Origin: Candidatus Caldarchaeum sp. | GTDB lineage: Archaea; Thermoproteota; Nitrososphaeria_A; Caldarchaeales; Caldarchaeaceae | Assembly (NCBI GenBank): GCA_038890155.1 | Contig: JAWAFZ010000005.1 | Coordinates: forward strand, 505-64,504 | Length of the DNA: 64,000 bases | Reading direction: 5' to 3' | Part shown: positions 38,506 through 49,089 of the stretch, one piece after another | Layout of the letters: every line of letters begins with the position of its first letter | How positions within the stretch are numbered: position 1 is the first letter of the stretch | The notes under the pieces: model-generated | Databases searched by the model: none | What the model was told of the DNA's origin: nothing | The model's input: the letters and a program-made list of their open reading frames with translations, nothing else | Position numbers and translations under genes: made by a program

Positions 38506-39772
38506 AGAGCTGCCTGACTTCCTTAAGATCCCCAAGCCTCTGCAGGAGAAGTTTTTCTCAGCCGTGAATGAGGAGGTCAACCATCTCCTGAGTAGGATTG
38601 ACGACCTCTCTGGATTGGCTGAGGAGGTTAGAGCGGAGGTCGGGGCTGGAATCAGGGCTTTCAAAGTCGACGATGCGTGGAGGATGCTTTACGTAGGCGT
38701 GGTGGATGGCTCGGATGTTCCGGCTGTGGACGACAGGATTGGTCTCAGATACGGGCTGTATGCTGTAGCATACAAGTTGTTCAAGGGTCTCGAACCCGTG
38801 GAGGACGGCGAAGGGTTCTTCGGAGACAGGCTTTCGGGGAAGATCAGCTTCCACAGGGACAGCTTCCTCAAGATCCTAGACCTTGCCACAACCTACTACG
38901 AAAGGCTGACGGCTGTCCATCTGCTTAAAAGGGAGAACCCGGACTTGTTGATTGTCGACGGCAGCTTCTTCGGGTACAGGGCTGGCTGCAGCATGGTCAA
39001 GCTCGAGCCTCTTGGCTGGAGAGACACTCTATCGGACACCGTGTTCGACACAGTCTACGACTTGATCAGGAGGATAAACGAGTTGACGATGGAGTTGCTC
39101 GGGTCGGGGAGGGTTTTGGGCGTTGTCAAGCGTGTGCCGACGATGGCGATAGACGGGTATCTCTGCTATTTGAAAGGGCTGGACAAGGGCGTCGAGTTGT
39201 CTGACAGGTCTATCCTGAGCGTTCTGCTGCGGCGTGGCGAGGTGTTTGACTACCAAGCGGTTTTCGGGCAGGATGTTAGGTATGATGTGTACAGCTGGTT
39301 CAGGCAGACTGCGCGGGACAAGTCGCTCAGCAAGAAGAGCCGTGAGGAGGTTTTGAGTAAGGCGGAGCAGCGGGTAAAGGTCCAGCTCGTCGCAGACCTC
39401 ACTGAGTGGAGCCGTGAAACAGGCGGCCGATGGGAGACCTACGAGAAAAGCCCTGTTGTGGCCGCTGCACGAAACACGCGGCGAATGTTTCTCAAAACAG
39501 CCGAAGACATTCCACCTGTATGCGTCGAGCTTCCCGCGAACATGTCTGAGGAGCTTGCTGAGAAAGCGGTTTCATACGTCTTCGCCACAGCAAACCCGGC
39601 CACAGGCCTTCCCCTGCCGCTCGACCTCGTCGACGAGCTCGTCTCCCTGCCTAGGGGTATTGGGAAGGAGTTCATAAACGAGATAGAGGCTGAGATGCTC
39701 CGCAGGGGTGTGAGTAAGGACAGCCTTCTGGCGGTTTTCAGCCGGTACAACCCTCAGAAGGACGAGCCGTAG
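38489..39772 (+). CDS. NurA-family nuclease
   Basis: GVVDGS, LIVDGS, GVVKR, SD motif, GLPLPLDLVD; overlaps the herA-like gene. Confidence 0.85.
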   Translation: MEPPAEELPDFLKIPKPLQEKFFSAVNEEVNHLLSRIDDLSGLAEEVRAEVGAGIRAFKVDDAWRMLYVGVVDGSDVPAVDDRIGLRYGLYAVAYKLFKGLEPVEDGEGFFGDRLSGKISFHRDSFLKILDLATTYYERLTAVHLLKRENPDLLIVDGSFFGYRAGCSMVKLEPLGWRDTLSDTVFDTVYDLIRRINELTMELLGSGRVLGVVKRVPTMAIDGYLCYLKGLDKGVELSDRSILSVLLRRGEVFDYQAVFGQDVRYDVYSWFRQTARDKSLSKKSREEVLSKAEQRVKVQLVADLTEWSRETGGRWETYEKSPVVAAARNTRRMFLKTAEDIPPVCVELPANMSEELAEKAVSYVFATANPATGLPLPLDLVDELVSLPRGIGKEFINEIEAEMLRRGVSKDSLLAVFSRYNPQKDEP

Positions 39773-39790
39773 GCTAGGGTGTAGCCGGTC

Positions 39791-40717
39791 TTGCTGGAAG
39801 TGGTCGGCAGCGTTCTGTTGCTACTTGTTTCCACAGTTGTGTTCGTGAACGGGGTTGAAGCTCTAGCAGGCCGTCTGGGGCTCACCAGGTTTGCGGCTGG
39901 GGCGCTTCTAGCAGCTGTTTTAACAGCTCTTCCAGAGACGGTGATAACGCTGCTCTCACCACTCTATCAAACTCGCCAAGCTGAGCTGGTTGGAATGGGG
40001 AGCGTTCTGGCAGCTCCTTCGATAACTCTTCTCATCGGAGCACCAGTCGTCGCCTTGTTCTGGAGGCGTCCAAACATCAGCAAGGGTGTCGCTAAAAACT
40101 ACGTATACTTCCTACTCTTCATGTCTACGGCCTTACTTCTGTCCCAGCTCAGCCTAGGCCCCTACAAGTATCTCTACGGTCTTGTTTTTCTATCCGCTTA
40201 CGTATACATGGCTCATTCGATCTATGTCGAGGAGGGGGAGGGTTTTGAGGCTGCGGGGATTTCTGTGTTTGAAAAAATTTTCGGTTTTAGAAACACGGGG
40301 CTCGTCGGGCTGCAGGTGGGTTTGTCGGCGGTTGGGCTGACCGTCGGGGCAGACGTGTTCATCGAGGTCGTATCATCGTCGGCAAGCCCTCTCGCCAACA
40401 CATTACTCATCTCTCCTCTAGCCACTTGTTTGCAGGAGGTTTTGTTGGCGTCCTACTGGATGCTGAGGCAGAAGGCCGACATATCCATAAGCCTTCTGTC
40501 GGGCGAGAACCTCATCCAGTCAACCTTCGTGGCCGGGGTAGGCATGGTCTTCACCGACTGGAGCCTGCCGACGACCTCCCTGAGTGTTTTGACCGTTTAC
40601 GCAGCAGCCGCAGCCGTGCTCTCCCTGACCGCTTACCTCAACAAGTTCAAGCTAGGCGGAGTTGTCATGAGTCTATACCCAGCCTACGTGCTGGCGTCGT
40701 TAGCGGTTTCCGCTTAG
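39791..40717 (+). CDS. Sodium/calcium exchanger family membrane protein
   Basis: TALPE and ATCLQE alpha-repeat motifs, about ten TM helices. Confidence 0.8.
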   Translation: MLEVVGSVLLLLVSTVVFVNGVEALAGRLGLTRFAAGALLAAVLTALPETVITLLSPLYQTRQAELVGMGSVLAAPSITLLIGAPVVALFWRRPNISKGVAKNYVYFLLFMSTALLLSQLSLGPYKYLYGLVFLSAYVYMAHSIYVEEGEGFEAAGISVFEKIFGFRNTGLVGLQVGLSAVGLTVGADVFIEVVSSSASPLANTLLISPLATCLQEVLLASYWMLRQKADISISLLSGENLIQSTFVAGVGMVFTDWSLPTTSLSVLTVYAAAAAVLSLTAYLNKFKLGGVVMSLYPAYVLASLAVSA

Positions 40718-42622
40718 CTTGACACGCTCTATGGCTTTCATGACGATGCTGTGAAGCTGCTTTCCGTCTATCCTGCCACGGTACTTCTTCATCAAATCAC
40801 CCATAAGCCTGTTAGCTAGACGTGGGTCGTTCAAGTCTGATGAGCTGCTGACAACCATCTCCATCACCTCAGCTTCAACATCCTCGTGCGAAACTGTGCC
40901 GAGACCGAGCTGTCGAACAGCATCCTCAACCGTGGACGCAGGGTTGCCGCAAAGCCATCTCAACACGTCGGGCAATGCCTCCTTCGAAAAACCTCCACCA
41001 GCCAAAGCTCTGAAAACTTCCACAAGCCTTTCATCGGTTAGGTTTGCGACGTATGCTCCCTCACGGGCTAGGCTCGTAATGGTTTCTGTGAGTGTTGAAG
41101 CCACGACGCTGGCAGGCAGCCCGAGACTGTCGACTATTTGTATGAAGAGGTCCTCCCTCTCGCTGTCGATAAGCCCTTCGACGAGCTGGCGGCTCAGACC
41201 ATACTTGGCTGAAAGCCTGCGGGCGGTTTCTTCCAGCGTCTCTGGTAGGCTTCTCCGGAGCTTCTCCAAGAGATTCTCGCTGACCGGGACCGGAGGTATG
41301 TCTGTCTCCGGATACATTCGTGCAGCCCCAGGCCTGGGTCTCATGTAGACAGTCAACCCGTCGGGCCTAGCTGCTCTAGTCTCTCCCGGAACGCCTTTGA
41401 CCGCCTCGCAGGCCCTCTCGTAAACAGCCTGAAGAGCTTCCGCGGCTCTACCAGGCTCGTCGACAACCATCACCACGGCATCCATCTCACCAGCATCCAT
41501 CAGCCTCTTCAGGGAAGCCACCTCCTCAGCTGAGATCCCGTAGCCGGGCAGCTCGTCGGTGTGCAGTATGCCGTCCACGTCGGCCCAAGCCTTGGCGTGG
41601 CCCGCCAGCTCCGCACCCAGCCTGACTCCGTTAGCGGTTTCCTTCGAAAGAAGGCCGGCGAACATCGGCAGCTTGATAGCCAAGACCCTGCCTCCTCTCT
41701 CAAGCCTAGACTTCAGCAACTTAGACTTGGTCTCCTTGAAGACTTCTGTCGCATCGACGTAAGTATACGGCGGCAGCGTCATGCTTCCAAGCCTCCCTCT
41801 AAGCTCTCTGGCAATCTCCAAGAGATGGAGCTGACGCAGCACCTCGTTCTCAACCACGGGAGCTATTAGCTCAAGCTCCTGCACTCCCTTAATCTCGGTC
41901 AAGGCACCACCAGCTATCGAGACGTTCAAGTCCTGCCGGACGGTGCCCAGCCCACGCTTAACCTTCCTCGTCGCCCTCAAAACATTACCGACAGCTCTAG
42001 CGACTTTGACAGCCTCAGAAGGGGAGGATATGACGGGGGCCGTTGAGACCTCGATAAGCGGTATGCCCAGCCTTGACAGGTCGTACTCGACGAAGCCTGG
42101 GCCGGCTGAGACTATTCTCGCAGCATCCTCCTCTAGCGTGATGGTCTGTATCGGTATCTCCTTACCGTCAACCACTAGGCCTCCGCCCAGCGCAACGACG
42201 CAGGTCCTCTGGAAGCCTGAGGTGTTGGAGCCGTCTATAACGATCTTCCTCATCACGTGGATTTCGTCGACGGGTGTTGCGTTGAACAGCAGAGCTACGG
42301 TGAGGGCGGTTTCGACGGCTTCGGGGTTGAGTGGGTGTGGAGGCTCTTCATCCATCTCGACTAGGCACGTGTTGTATGGGTTGACGTGGTAGATTATCTT
42401 CCTGCGTTTCTTCGACTCGAAGAGTGCTGCTGGGTCTACTGCTCCAAGCTCGCTCTGCGCCTCTCTCAGAAACCGGGTGATTTTGATAGCTTCGCCGGTC
42501 TCCTTCGGCTCGGTTGAGCAGCTGCAGAAGAGCTTGTGGCGCGTGTCTAGCTGGCGGTGCACTTCGACGCCGACCTTGAGGCCAAGCTCCCTGTAGTCCA
42601 TTCCAAACTCCACTGCCTTCAT
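40700..42622 (-). CDS. gatE: Glu-tRNA(Gln) amidotransferase subunit E
   Basis: GVEVHRQL..KLFC, DGSNTSGFQRT, RPGAARMYPETD. Confidence 0.97.
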   Translation of the reverse strand: MKAVEFGMDYRELGLKVGVEVHRQLDTRHKLFCSCSTEPKETGEAIKITRFLREAQSELGAVDPAALFESKKRRKIIYHVNPYNTCLVEMDEEPPHPLNPEAVETALTVALLFNATPVDEIHVMRKIVIDGSNTSGFQRTCVVALGGGLVVDGKEIPIQTITLEEDAARIVSAGPGFVEYDLSRLGIPLIEVSTAPVISSPSEAVKVARAVGNVLRATRKVKRGLGTVRQDLNVSIAGGALTEIKGVQELELIAPVVENEVLRQLHLLEIARELRGRLGSMTLPPYTYVDATEVFKETKSKLLKSRLERGGRVLAIKLPMFAGLLSKETANGVRLGAELAGHAKAWADVDGILHTDELPGYGISAEEVASLKRLMDAGEMDAVVMVVDEPGRAAEALQAVYERACEAVKGVPGETRAARPDGLTVYMRPRPGAARMYPETDIPPVPVSENLLEKLRRSLPETLEETARRLSAKYGLSRQLVEGLIDSEREDLFIQIVDSLGLPASVVASTLTETITSLAREGAYVANLTDERLVEVFRALAGGGFSKEALPDVLRWLCGNPASTVEDAVRQLGLGTVSHEDVEAEVMEMVVSSSSDLNDPRLANRLMGDLMKKYRGRIDGKQLHSIVMKAIERVKLSGNR

Positions 42623-42627
42623 CCATC

Positions 42628-43974
42628 TTAATAACTGTCAAGCAGTTTACGCCGAGGCTGCGTCCTACCCCCAATCTCTCCGCATAGGTTGGTGAGCATC
42701 AGCTCACGCACCTGCTCCGGTTGAGCGTTCTCGCCCAGCCTAGCCAGAACCCACATCAGCTTGACCAGAGCAGTTTCAGCCACCATGTCGTCGAGCGGGA
42801 CCACGCCAGCCCTCAGCAAGTCCCGGCCGTTGTCGTAGACGTTCATGTTAACCCTGCCGTGCCTGCACTGACTTGTCATGCCGACGAACAGCCCTGAATC
42901 GTTGAACTGCTTCAACAACGGTATGAAAGACGAGGCGACGTGGCCGAGACCCGTGCCCTCGAGGATGACGCCCCGCAGGTTCAGCCTCTCCACGACGACG
43001 GCCAGAGCCTCCGGCTTCATGCCCGGGTAGAACTTGACCAGCATGGCTCGGTCGTCGAACTTGGGCTGGTATTCGTAGCCTTCCCCGTTTCGTCTATGGT
43101 ATTGGCTGGTGAGCATCTTCAGGCCGTCGGCTGTCTTGACGGCTAGCGGGTTGTCGTTAACGGACTGGAATGCATCCCGGCTGCTTGTATGCGTTTTGAC
43201 GACCCTTGTGCCTCGGTGTATGTGGATGATGTCGTCTGAGTGCCAGCCATGCATACAGACAACCACCTCGCCGAACGGGGCCCTGGAAGCAACCTCAACC
43301 GCAGTGATGAGGTTTGTTGCTGCGTCGCTCGAAGGCCTGTCTGAAGACCTCTGGGCCCCGACCAGGACTACTGGTATGGGTGTTTTCCGGAGGGCGAAGC
43401 TTAGGGCGGCGGCTGTGTAGCCCATCGTGTCCGTCCCGTGAGCTATCACAACACCATCGAATCCCGCCCGTATTAGTTGGTCAACACGGCTGGCCATCTC
43501 TGTCCAGTGGCTTGGCGTGAGGTTCTCGCTGTAAACCTGCATGAGTATCTCGGCTGAGATGTTGGCGACTTCAGCTATCTCTGGCACGATGCTGGCAAGG
43601 TCTGCCGCTGAGAGGGCTGGCCTTACGCCTCCGGTTCTGTAATCTATCCTGCTTGCAATTGTTCCACCCGTGCTGATTATCGAGACGCGTGGCAGGCTTT
43701 CTTTCGGGGATGGTGGCGGTGGAGGGTTGAACGCCGGCGGCCTCACCTCGGAAAGCTTCACAACCCTCGTCGCCTCATCTACTCTGACGCCTATGTTGTA
43801 TCCGTTGGCCATCTTCAGAACTATCACCCCCGGCTGGCCATATTCGTACCGTGCCATCAGAAAACCACGAAAAACCAGACCCCCTCGACCAACCTCAACC
43901 TCCTCCCCCAAGCTTGCACCGGCCTCACGCAACAACCGGGCGGCAAGTCCAACGTATCCAAGGTACTCGTCCAT
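42628..43974 (-). CDS. gatD: Glu-tRNA(Gln) amidotransferase subunit D
   Basis: STGGTIASRIDY, HGTDTM, QRSSDRPSSD. Confidence 0.97.
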   Translation of the reverse strand: MDEYLGYVGLAARLLREAGASLGEEVEVGRGGLVFRGFLMARYEYGQPGVIVLKMANGYNIGVRVDEATRVVKLSEVRPPAFNPPPPPSPKESLPRVSIISTGGTIASRIDYRTGGVRPALSAADLASIVPEIAEVANISAEILMQVYSENLTPSHWTEMASRVDQLIRAGFDGVVIAHGTDTMGYTAAALSFALRKTPIPVVLVGAQRSSDRPSSDAATNLITAVEVASRAPFGEVVVCMHGWHSDDIIHIHRGTRVVKTHTSSRDAFQSVNDNPLAVKTADGLKMLTSQYHRRNGEGYEYQPKFDDRAMLVKFYPGMKPEALAVVVERLNLRGVILEGTGLGHVASSFIPLLKQFNDSGLFVGMTSQCRHGRVNMNVYDNGRDLLRAGVVPLDDMVAETALVKLMWVLARLGENAQPEQVRELMLTNLCGEIGGRTQPRRKLLDSY

Positions 43975-44014
43975 GCCTGTAAACAGGCCGGAGCATTACG
44001 TAAAATGCGTTTCG

Positions 44015-44284
44015 CTAAGCTTCTCTGATCTTCTGGACGAGCCTGACCAGCTCTTGAGCGACAGGGCTTTCGGGGTTGAGCGTTATCATGTTGACGGCGT
44101 TGAGCCTCTTCTGGTAGACGATGCCTGCACGCTCGAGGTTGTTGACCACTATGGCTACAGTGGACGGGGCTACGCCTGTTGCTCGTGCTATGTACCGTAG
44201 GCTGAAAGCCTTGCCGGGGTTGTCTAGGAGGAACTGGAGCACGGTTGCATGAGCCTTCGAAGCGAAGACCTTGTCCAGCCTCAT
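44015..44284 (-). CDS. Winged-helix HTH protein
   Basis: IARATGVAPSTV..LERAGIV. Confidence 0.8.
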   Translation of the reverse strand: MRLDKVFASKAHATVLQFLLDNPGKAFSLRYIARATGVAPSTVAIVVNNLERAGIVYQKRLNAVNMITLNPESPVAQELVRLVQKIREA

Positions 44285-44290
44285 CCATCC

Positions 44291-44968
44291 TCAGTCGCTC
44301 ACGACAGTGCCCGCATCGAGCCCGAGCAACGCTCTCTTCACAGACTCGACGTTCATACCGTTCACGTAGTAGATAGGTATCCGGGTCCTCAACACCATCG
44401 CCAGACCAACCATGTCGATGACTTGGTACTCGCCAGCCTTCTGCGAAATACGGCTGGCCAGCTCGGCTAGCTGTTCAAAGCTCATACGCCTGATTATCTC
44501 GGCATTCATGCTCTTTTTCGGGTCCTCCGAATAGATGCCGTCAACATCAGTCGCGACGACCAGCCTGTCCGCACCGACCACGGAGGCCGCCAAAACGCTC
44601 ACAGCCATCGTCGACTGGCCGGGCTGAAGACCGCCAGCCACGACTAAACGCCCACCGTCCGCCAAAAGCCTGATCTCCTCAACGGTTTCAGGGATTCGCT
44701 GGAAAGCCTTCACCCCCAACGACCTTGCGAACAGGAATGCGTTAATGCGTGTAGACATTATGGCTGCTATGTCGCAAGAGGCCTCGTCCAGACCCAGCTG
44801 TCGCGCCGTTTCGATGTATTTTCTCGCAGGCATGCCTCCTCCTACGACTATGACCCAGCGCCCTCCGTCGTAAGTCTCTTCCAGCATCGAGCTGTACTTC
44901 TTCATCAAGGAGGTGTTGGTTTTTTCTCCGAAGAGAACATGACCCCCAAGCTTAAGCACTACGTTCAC
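44291..44968 (-). CDS. pyrH: UMP kinase
   Basis: VLKLGG, VVGGG..AR.YI, GGLQPGQST, TDVDGIYSEDP. Confidence 0.92.
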   Translation of the reverse strand: MNVVLKLGGHVLFGEKTNTSLMKKYSSMLEETYDGGRWVIVVGGGMPARKYIETARQLGLDEASCDIAAIMSTRINAFLFARSLGVKAFQRIPETVEEIRLLADGGRLVVAGGLQPGQSTMAVSVLAASVVGADRLVVATDVDGIYSEDPKKSMNAEIIRRMSFEQLAELASRISQKAGEYQVIDMVGLAMVLRTRIPIYYVNGMNVESVKRALLGLDAGTVVSD

Positions 44969-44999
44969 AAGCCATCATCCCTTCCAGCGACCATGCTTC

Positions 45000-47669
45000 C
45001 TAACTCTCTCGTCTTCTGGTTATAAACTTAACAAGCTCGACGGCCGAGAAGAGCAAGGCTCCGCCACCAAGTATCCATGCTAGGTCGTCTATGGTCGGGG
45101 GTTGGAGACGAATTATCTGAGGCCCACCCGGTATGGTCATGATGGCAGTTATCAGAGCTATCTCCCAAAGGATTGCTAACACGAGCCACTTGTGCGGCAA
45201 TACCTTAAAGATGTTGTAGGTGAGGGAGCGGCAGTTGAGGGCTAGCAGAAGCTCGTTGACGATGAACATGAAGAAGAGCCTCGACCTCGCCTGCTCAACA
45301 CCCTCAGCCAAAGCCGTAGCGTAGCCGAGCAGGTAGATGGGACTAGCCACAACCACCACGGTTATCAGGAACTTCATCACTTCTTGGCTGAAGACCGGTT
45401 CATTCCTCGGGACGGGTTTTCGCTTCATTATGTCTGGGTCGGCTGGGCTGAAGCCGAGAGCTATCGCAGGCAAGCCGTCGGTCGCAAGGTTGATGTAGAG
45501 TATGTGGACTGGGAGTAGGGGGAGAGCTTCTTCACCCTGAAGCCCGAAAAGCCTCGACACAACTAGGACAACGACTGTTATGACTATTATCTCCACGAGG
45601 TTGGCCTCCAGAAGGTAGGCTAGATATTTCTTGACGTTGCCGTAAATCCACCTGCCAAGCTCCACGGCCTTGACGATCGTTGCAAAGTTGTCGTCAGCCA
45701 GAATCATGTCAGAGGACTCCTTGGCCACGTCCGTGCCGGTTATGCCTGTTGCAATTCCTATGTCGGCTTTTTTCAAGGCTGGAGCGTCGTTCACACCGTC
45801 GCCCGTCATGGCGACCACGTATCCTTTCCTCCGCCAAGCCTCGACGATGCGCAGCTTATGGATGGGAGATATCCTAGCATAAACGACGACCTTCTCAACA
45901 ATCTTTTCAAACTCCTCCTCAGACATCTGGTCGAGCTCTATGCCTGTCAGAACCATGTCGCCCTCCCTGTATATGCCAACCTCCTTAGCTACAGCGAGAG
46001 CCGTGAGCTTGTGGTCTCCCGTCAGCATCACCGTCTTTATGCCTGCTGAATGAGCCTTCTGAACGGCCTCTACTGCGTCGGGCCTCGGCGGGTCCATCAT
46101 TCCTACAAGCCCGAGGATCGTAAAGCCTTCCTCAAGTTTTTCATCCACCGCATCGACCTCTCGGTAGGCGAACGCCAGAACACGCAGGGCGTTGCGAGCC
46201 ATCTCCTCAGCTGCGGCGTACATTCTCCTCATGTGTTCCTCCGTGATCGACGAGGTGCTGCCATGAACGAGGATCTTCGAGCACCGAGCCATCACCACCT
46301 CGAGAGCACCCTTCATAAAGGCAATTGTTTTGTTCTCAGGCGTTCTGTGGACTGTTGTCATCATCTTCCTCTCCGAAGTGAAGGGTATCTCGTATATGCG
46401 TGGATGCGTACGACGTATGTCAGCAACATCGAGGCCCAGCTCCTCAGTCATCACTACAAGCGCTCCCTCCGTGGGGTCGCCCTGAAAGACGTACCGGCCT
46501 GCCTCTTTAGAGATCGATGCGTCGTTGCACAGCACAGCGGCTTGGAGGAGCAGCTGAAAAGCAGGGGTAGGGTCTTCGAAAGACTTGACGTCGAAAACCT
46601 CGCCATCCACATAAATCTTCCTGACAGTCATCTGGTTCATCGTCAGCGTACCCGTCTTGTCGAAGCATATCACCTGAGTCGACCCGAGCGTCTCGACAGC
46701 CGGCATCCTCCTGACCAAGGCGTTCCTCTTAGCCATGATGCCCATCCCTATGGCTAGCGTTGCCGTGACTATTCCAGGCAAGGCCTCAGGCACGACCGCC
46801 ACCGCCAAGGCTACGGCAAACAACATTACTTCCACCAAGAAACCCAGAGACAGATGGCCGGCCAAGACTTCGCTAACAAGCTCAGCCATTATTATGGTTG
46901 CGATTATCACGGCCGCCAACACGGCGAACCTCTTCCCCACCTCGTTCATCCTAACCTCGAGAGGGGTTTTTTCCTCCTCAACGCTTGCAGCGGCTTTTGC
47001 TATCTTTCCAAACTCTGTCAAACTACCTGTTGCAACCACGACACCACGGCCTCTTCCGTAGGTTGCGGTCGTCCCGGCGAAGGCCATGTTCAAACGGTCG
47101 CCTATGGCTGTCTCCCTTGGGACGGGGTGAGTTGTTTTAGAGACGGGGGTCGACTCGCCTGTGAGAGGAGACTCATCAAGTTGGAGGTTCACGGCCTCTA
47201 TGAGCCTAAGGTCTGCTGGAACCTTCGACCCAGCAGTTAGGACCACCACGTCGCCCGGCACAACCTCCTTCACAGCGACCTCCTTTTCCACACCGTCCCT
47301 GATGACTGAGGTCGTTGGAGTGAGCATTTTCTTCAGCGTTTCGAGGGTTTTCTCAGCACGGTACTCCTGCACGAAGCCGACGACGGCGACGAAGAAGACT
47401 ATGACCCCTATCACGACCGAGTCCACCAGCTCGCCCAGCAAGCTAGATATCACCAGCGCAGCCAGCAGAATGCCCACTAGTATGTTGGCGAACTGTTTGA
47501 GGAAGATCCTCAGGGCCGAGGGCCTGGGGGTGGGCTCGAGCAGGTTGGGGCCATACTTCGACAGACGTGCGCTAGCCTCCTCAGAGGAAAGACCTCGCAC
47601 AGGGTCTGTTGCCATCAGGGAGATGGTTTCTTCAACGGTTAAGGCGTGCCAGGGACGTGGCTCGGACAT
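45000..47669 (-). CDS. Type II cation-transporting P-type ATPase
   Basis: LTGES, VPEALP, DKTGTLT, TGD, GDGVNDAPAL. Confidence 0.96.
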   Translation of the reverse strand: MSEPRPWHALTVEETISLMATDPVRGLSSEEASARLSKYGPNLLEPTPRPSALRIFLKQFANILVGILLAALVISSLLGELVDSVVIGVIVFFVAVVGFVQEYRAEKTLETLKKMLTPTTSVIRDGVEKEVAVKEVVPGDVVVLTAGSKVPADLRLIEAVNLQLDESPLTGESTPVSKTTHPVPRETAIGDRLNMAFAGTTATYGRGRGVVVATGSLTEFGKIAKAAASVEEEKTPLEVRMNEVGKRFAVLAAVIIATIIMAELVSEVLAGHLSLGFLVEVMLFAVALAVAVVPEALPGIVTATLAIGMGIMAKRNALVRRMPAVETLGSTQVICFDKTGTLTMNQMTVRKIYVDGEVFDVKSFEDPTPAFQLLLQAAVLCNDASISKEAGRYVFQGDPTEGALVVMTEELGLDVADIRRTHPRIYEIPFTSERKMMTTVHRTPENKTIAFMKGALEVVMARCSKILVHGSTSSITEEHMRRMYAAAEEMARNALRVLAFAYREVDAVDEKLEEGFTILGLVGMMDPPRPDAVEAVQKAHSAGIKTVMLTGDHKLTALAVAKEVGIYREGDMVLTGIELDQMSEEEFEKIVEKVVVYARISPIHKLRIVEAWRRKGYVVAMTGDGVNDAPALKKADIGIATGITGTDVAKESSDMILADDNFATIVKAVELGRWIYGNVKKYLAYLLEANLVEIIVITVVVLVVSRLFGLQGEEALPLLPVHILYINLATDGLPAIALGFSPADPDIMKRKPVPRNEPVFSQEVMKFLITVVVVASPIYLLGYATALAEGVEQARSRLFFMFIVNELLLALNCRSLTYNIFKVLPHKWLVLAILWEIALITAIMTIPGGPQIIRLQPPTIDDLAWILGGGALLFSAVELVKFITRRRES

Positions 47670-47826
47670 CGATAGTCGTCCGTCTACGACGTTTTAACCG
47701 GTCTTTAATACATATCGCCCCCACCCGCCTAGATAAACCTATTTTACCTACGGTGTAAAGGGTTTGACGGGCTGGCTTGTCAACCGCTGCACAGCTCTGC
47801 TAGCGTTTGTTTTGCCGGGGTGTTCT

Positions 47827-49089
47827 ATGTTGAACTCGGTGAAAAAGGATTCTGTCTCTCTGTACAGGTTCCGGCGCCTTCTGGAGTCAATCGAGAAGCT
47901 GGAGGGCAGGGGGACCGAGCTGGTCACCCTCTACATACCTCCAGACAAGTCGGTCTCGGAGGTCATAAACTATCTACGTCAGGAGTACGCTACAGCCTCA
48001 AACATCAAGTCGAAGCAGACCCGTAAAAACGTCCAAGACGCCATAGAGAGCGCCATCCAGAGGCTTAAGCTTTTCGACAACCCTGGCCCGACGGGCCTTG
48101 TCGTGTTCAGCGGAGCCGTTCCCCAGAACGGCGGGCTTACCAGCAAGATTGAGGTGTACCACATCATTCCGCCTGAGCCGATCACCACTTTCCTGTACCG
48201 CTGCGACAGCAGGTTTCACGTCGAAGGGCTGAAGGACCTGCTGAAGGAGAAAGCTGTGTACGGTGTCCTGGTTATCGACAACGAGGAGGCGGCCGTGGCC
48301 GTAGTCAAGGGCCGCAGCATCTCCCAGCTCAAGACCTACACCTCGGGCGTTCCCGGCAAGCATCACGCAGGAGGCCAGTCGGCGAGAAGGTTTGAAAGGC
48401 TTAGGGAGATGACGCTTAACGAATTCTACAAGCGAGTGGCGGAGAAAGCCAACGAGCTCTTCCTCCAGTACCCTGAGATGAAGGGGATTATCTTGGCCGG
48501 ACCGGGGCCTACCAAGGATATCTTCGCTCAAGGCGAATATCTACACTACACGCTTCGCAACAAAATCCACGTAGTGGACACCTCGTATTCAGGTGAGAGC
48601 GGGGTTCGGGAGGCTGTGGCGAAGTCGGCGGACTTTCTCCGTGAGCTGAGGCTGGTTGAAGAGCAGATGCTCATCCAGAAGCTGATGAATGAAGCCACTA
48701 GGCCGGAAGGGCTTGCGGTCTACGGCGAGGAGCAGGTTCTCGAAGCTCTCCGTAAGAACATGCTCGACCTTCTCATAGTCTCCGAAGACCTCGACAGAGT
48801 CGAGGTTATGATACAGTGCCAAAACTGTGGGTATCAAGAAACAACCATACTAGACCAGGACCAGATACAGTCGGAGGTTCCTAAGAAGCTTGCAGAGAAA
48901 TGCCCCAGATGCTTGAACCAGAGCCTTGCGCTCAAGCAGACGACGCTGATGCTCGACAAGCTTATCTCGGAGGCTGAGAAGATGAACGTAAAAGTTGAGC
49001 TTGTGTCGTCGGAGCATGAGGAGGGTGAAATGTTCATGAAAGCCTTCAAAGGTGTTGCAGGCTTTCTCAGACATAGGGGTGGGTATTAG
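47827..49089 (+). CDS. prf1: Peptide chain release factor aRF1
   Basis: ASNIKS, YRCD, GGQS, Zn-finger insert; start reset to ATG 47827. Confidence 0.96.
   Translation: MLNSVKKDSVSLYRFRRLLESIEKLEGRGTELVTLYIPPDKSVSEVINYLRQEYATASNIKSKQTRKNVQDAIESAIQRLKLFDNPGPTGLVVFSGAVPQNGGLTSKIEVYHIIPPEPITTFLYRCDSRFHVEGLKDLLKEKAVYGVLVIDNEEAAVAVVKGRSISQLKTYTSGVPGKHHAGGQSARRFERLREMTLNEFYKRVAEKANELFLQYPEMKGIILAGPGPTKDIFAQGEYLHYTLRNKIHVVDTSYSGESGVREAVAKSADFLRELRLVEEQMLIQKLMNEATRPEGLAVYGEEQVLEALRKNMLDLLIVSEDLDRVEVMIQCQNCGYQETTILDQDQIQSEVPKKLAEKCPRCLNQSLALKQTTLMLDKLISEAEKMNVKVELVSSEHEEGEMFMKAFKGVAGFLRHRGGY

Noticed and set aside
47700..47826. Hairpins in the aRF1 leader suggesting autoregulation
   Set aside because: Weak stems, and no upstream ORF or readthrough arrangement is visible.
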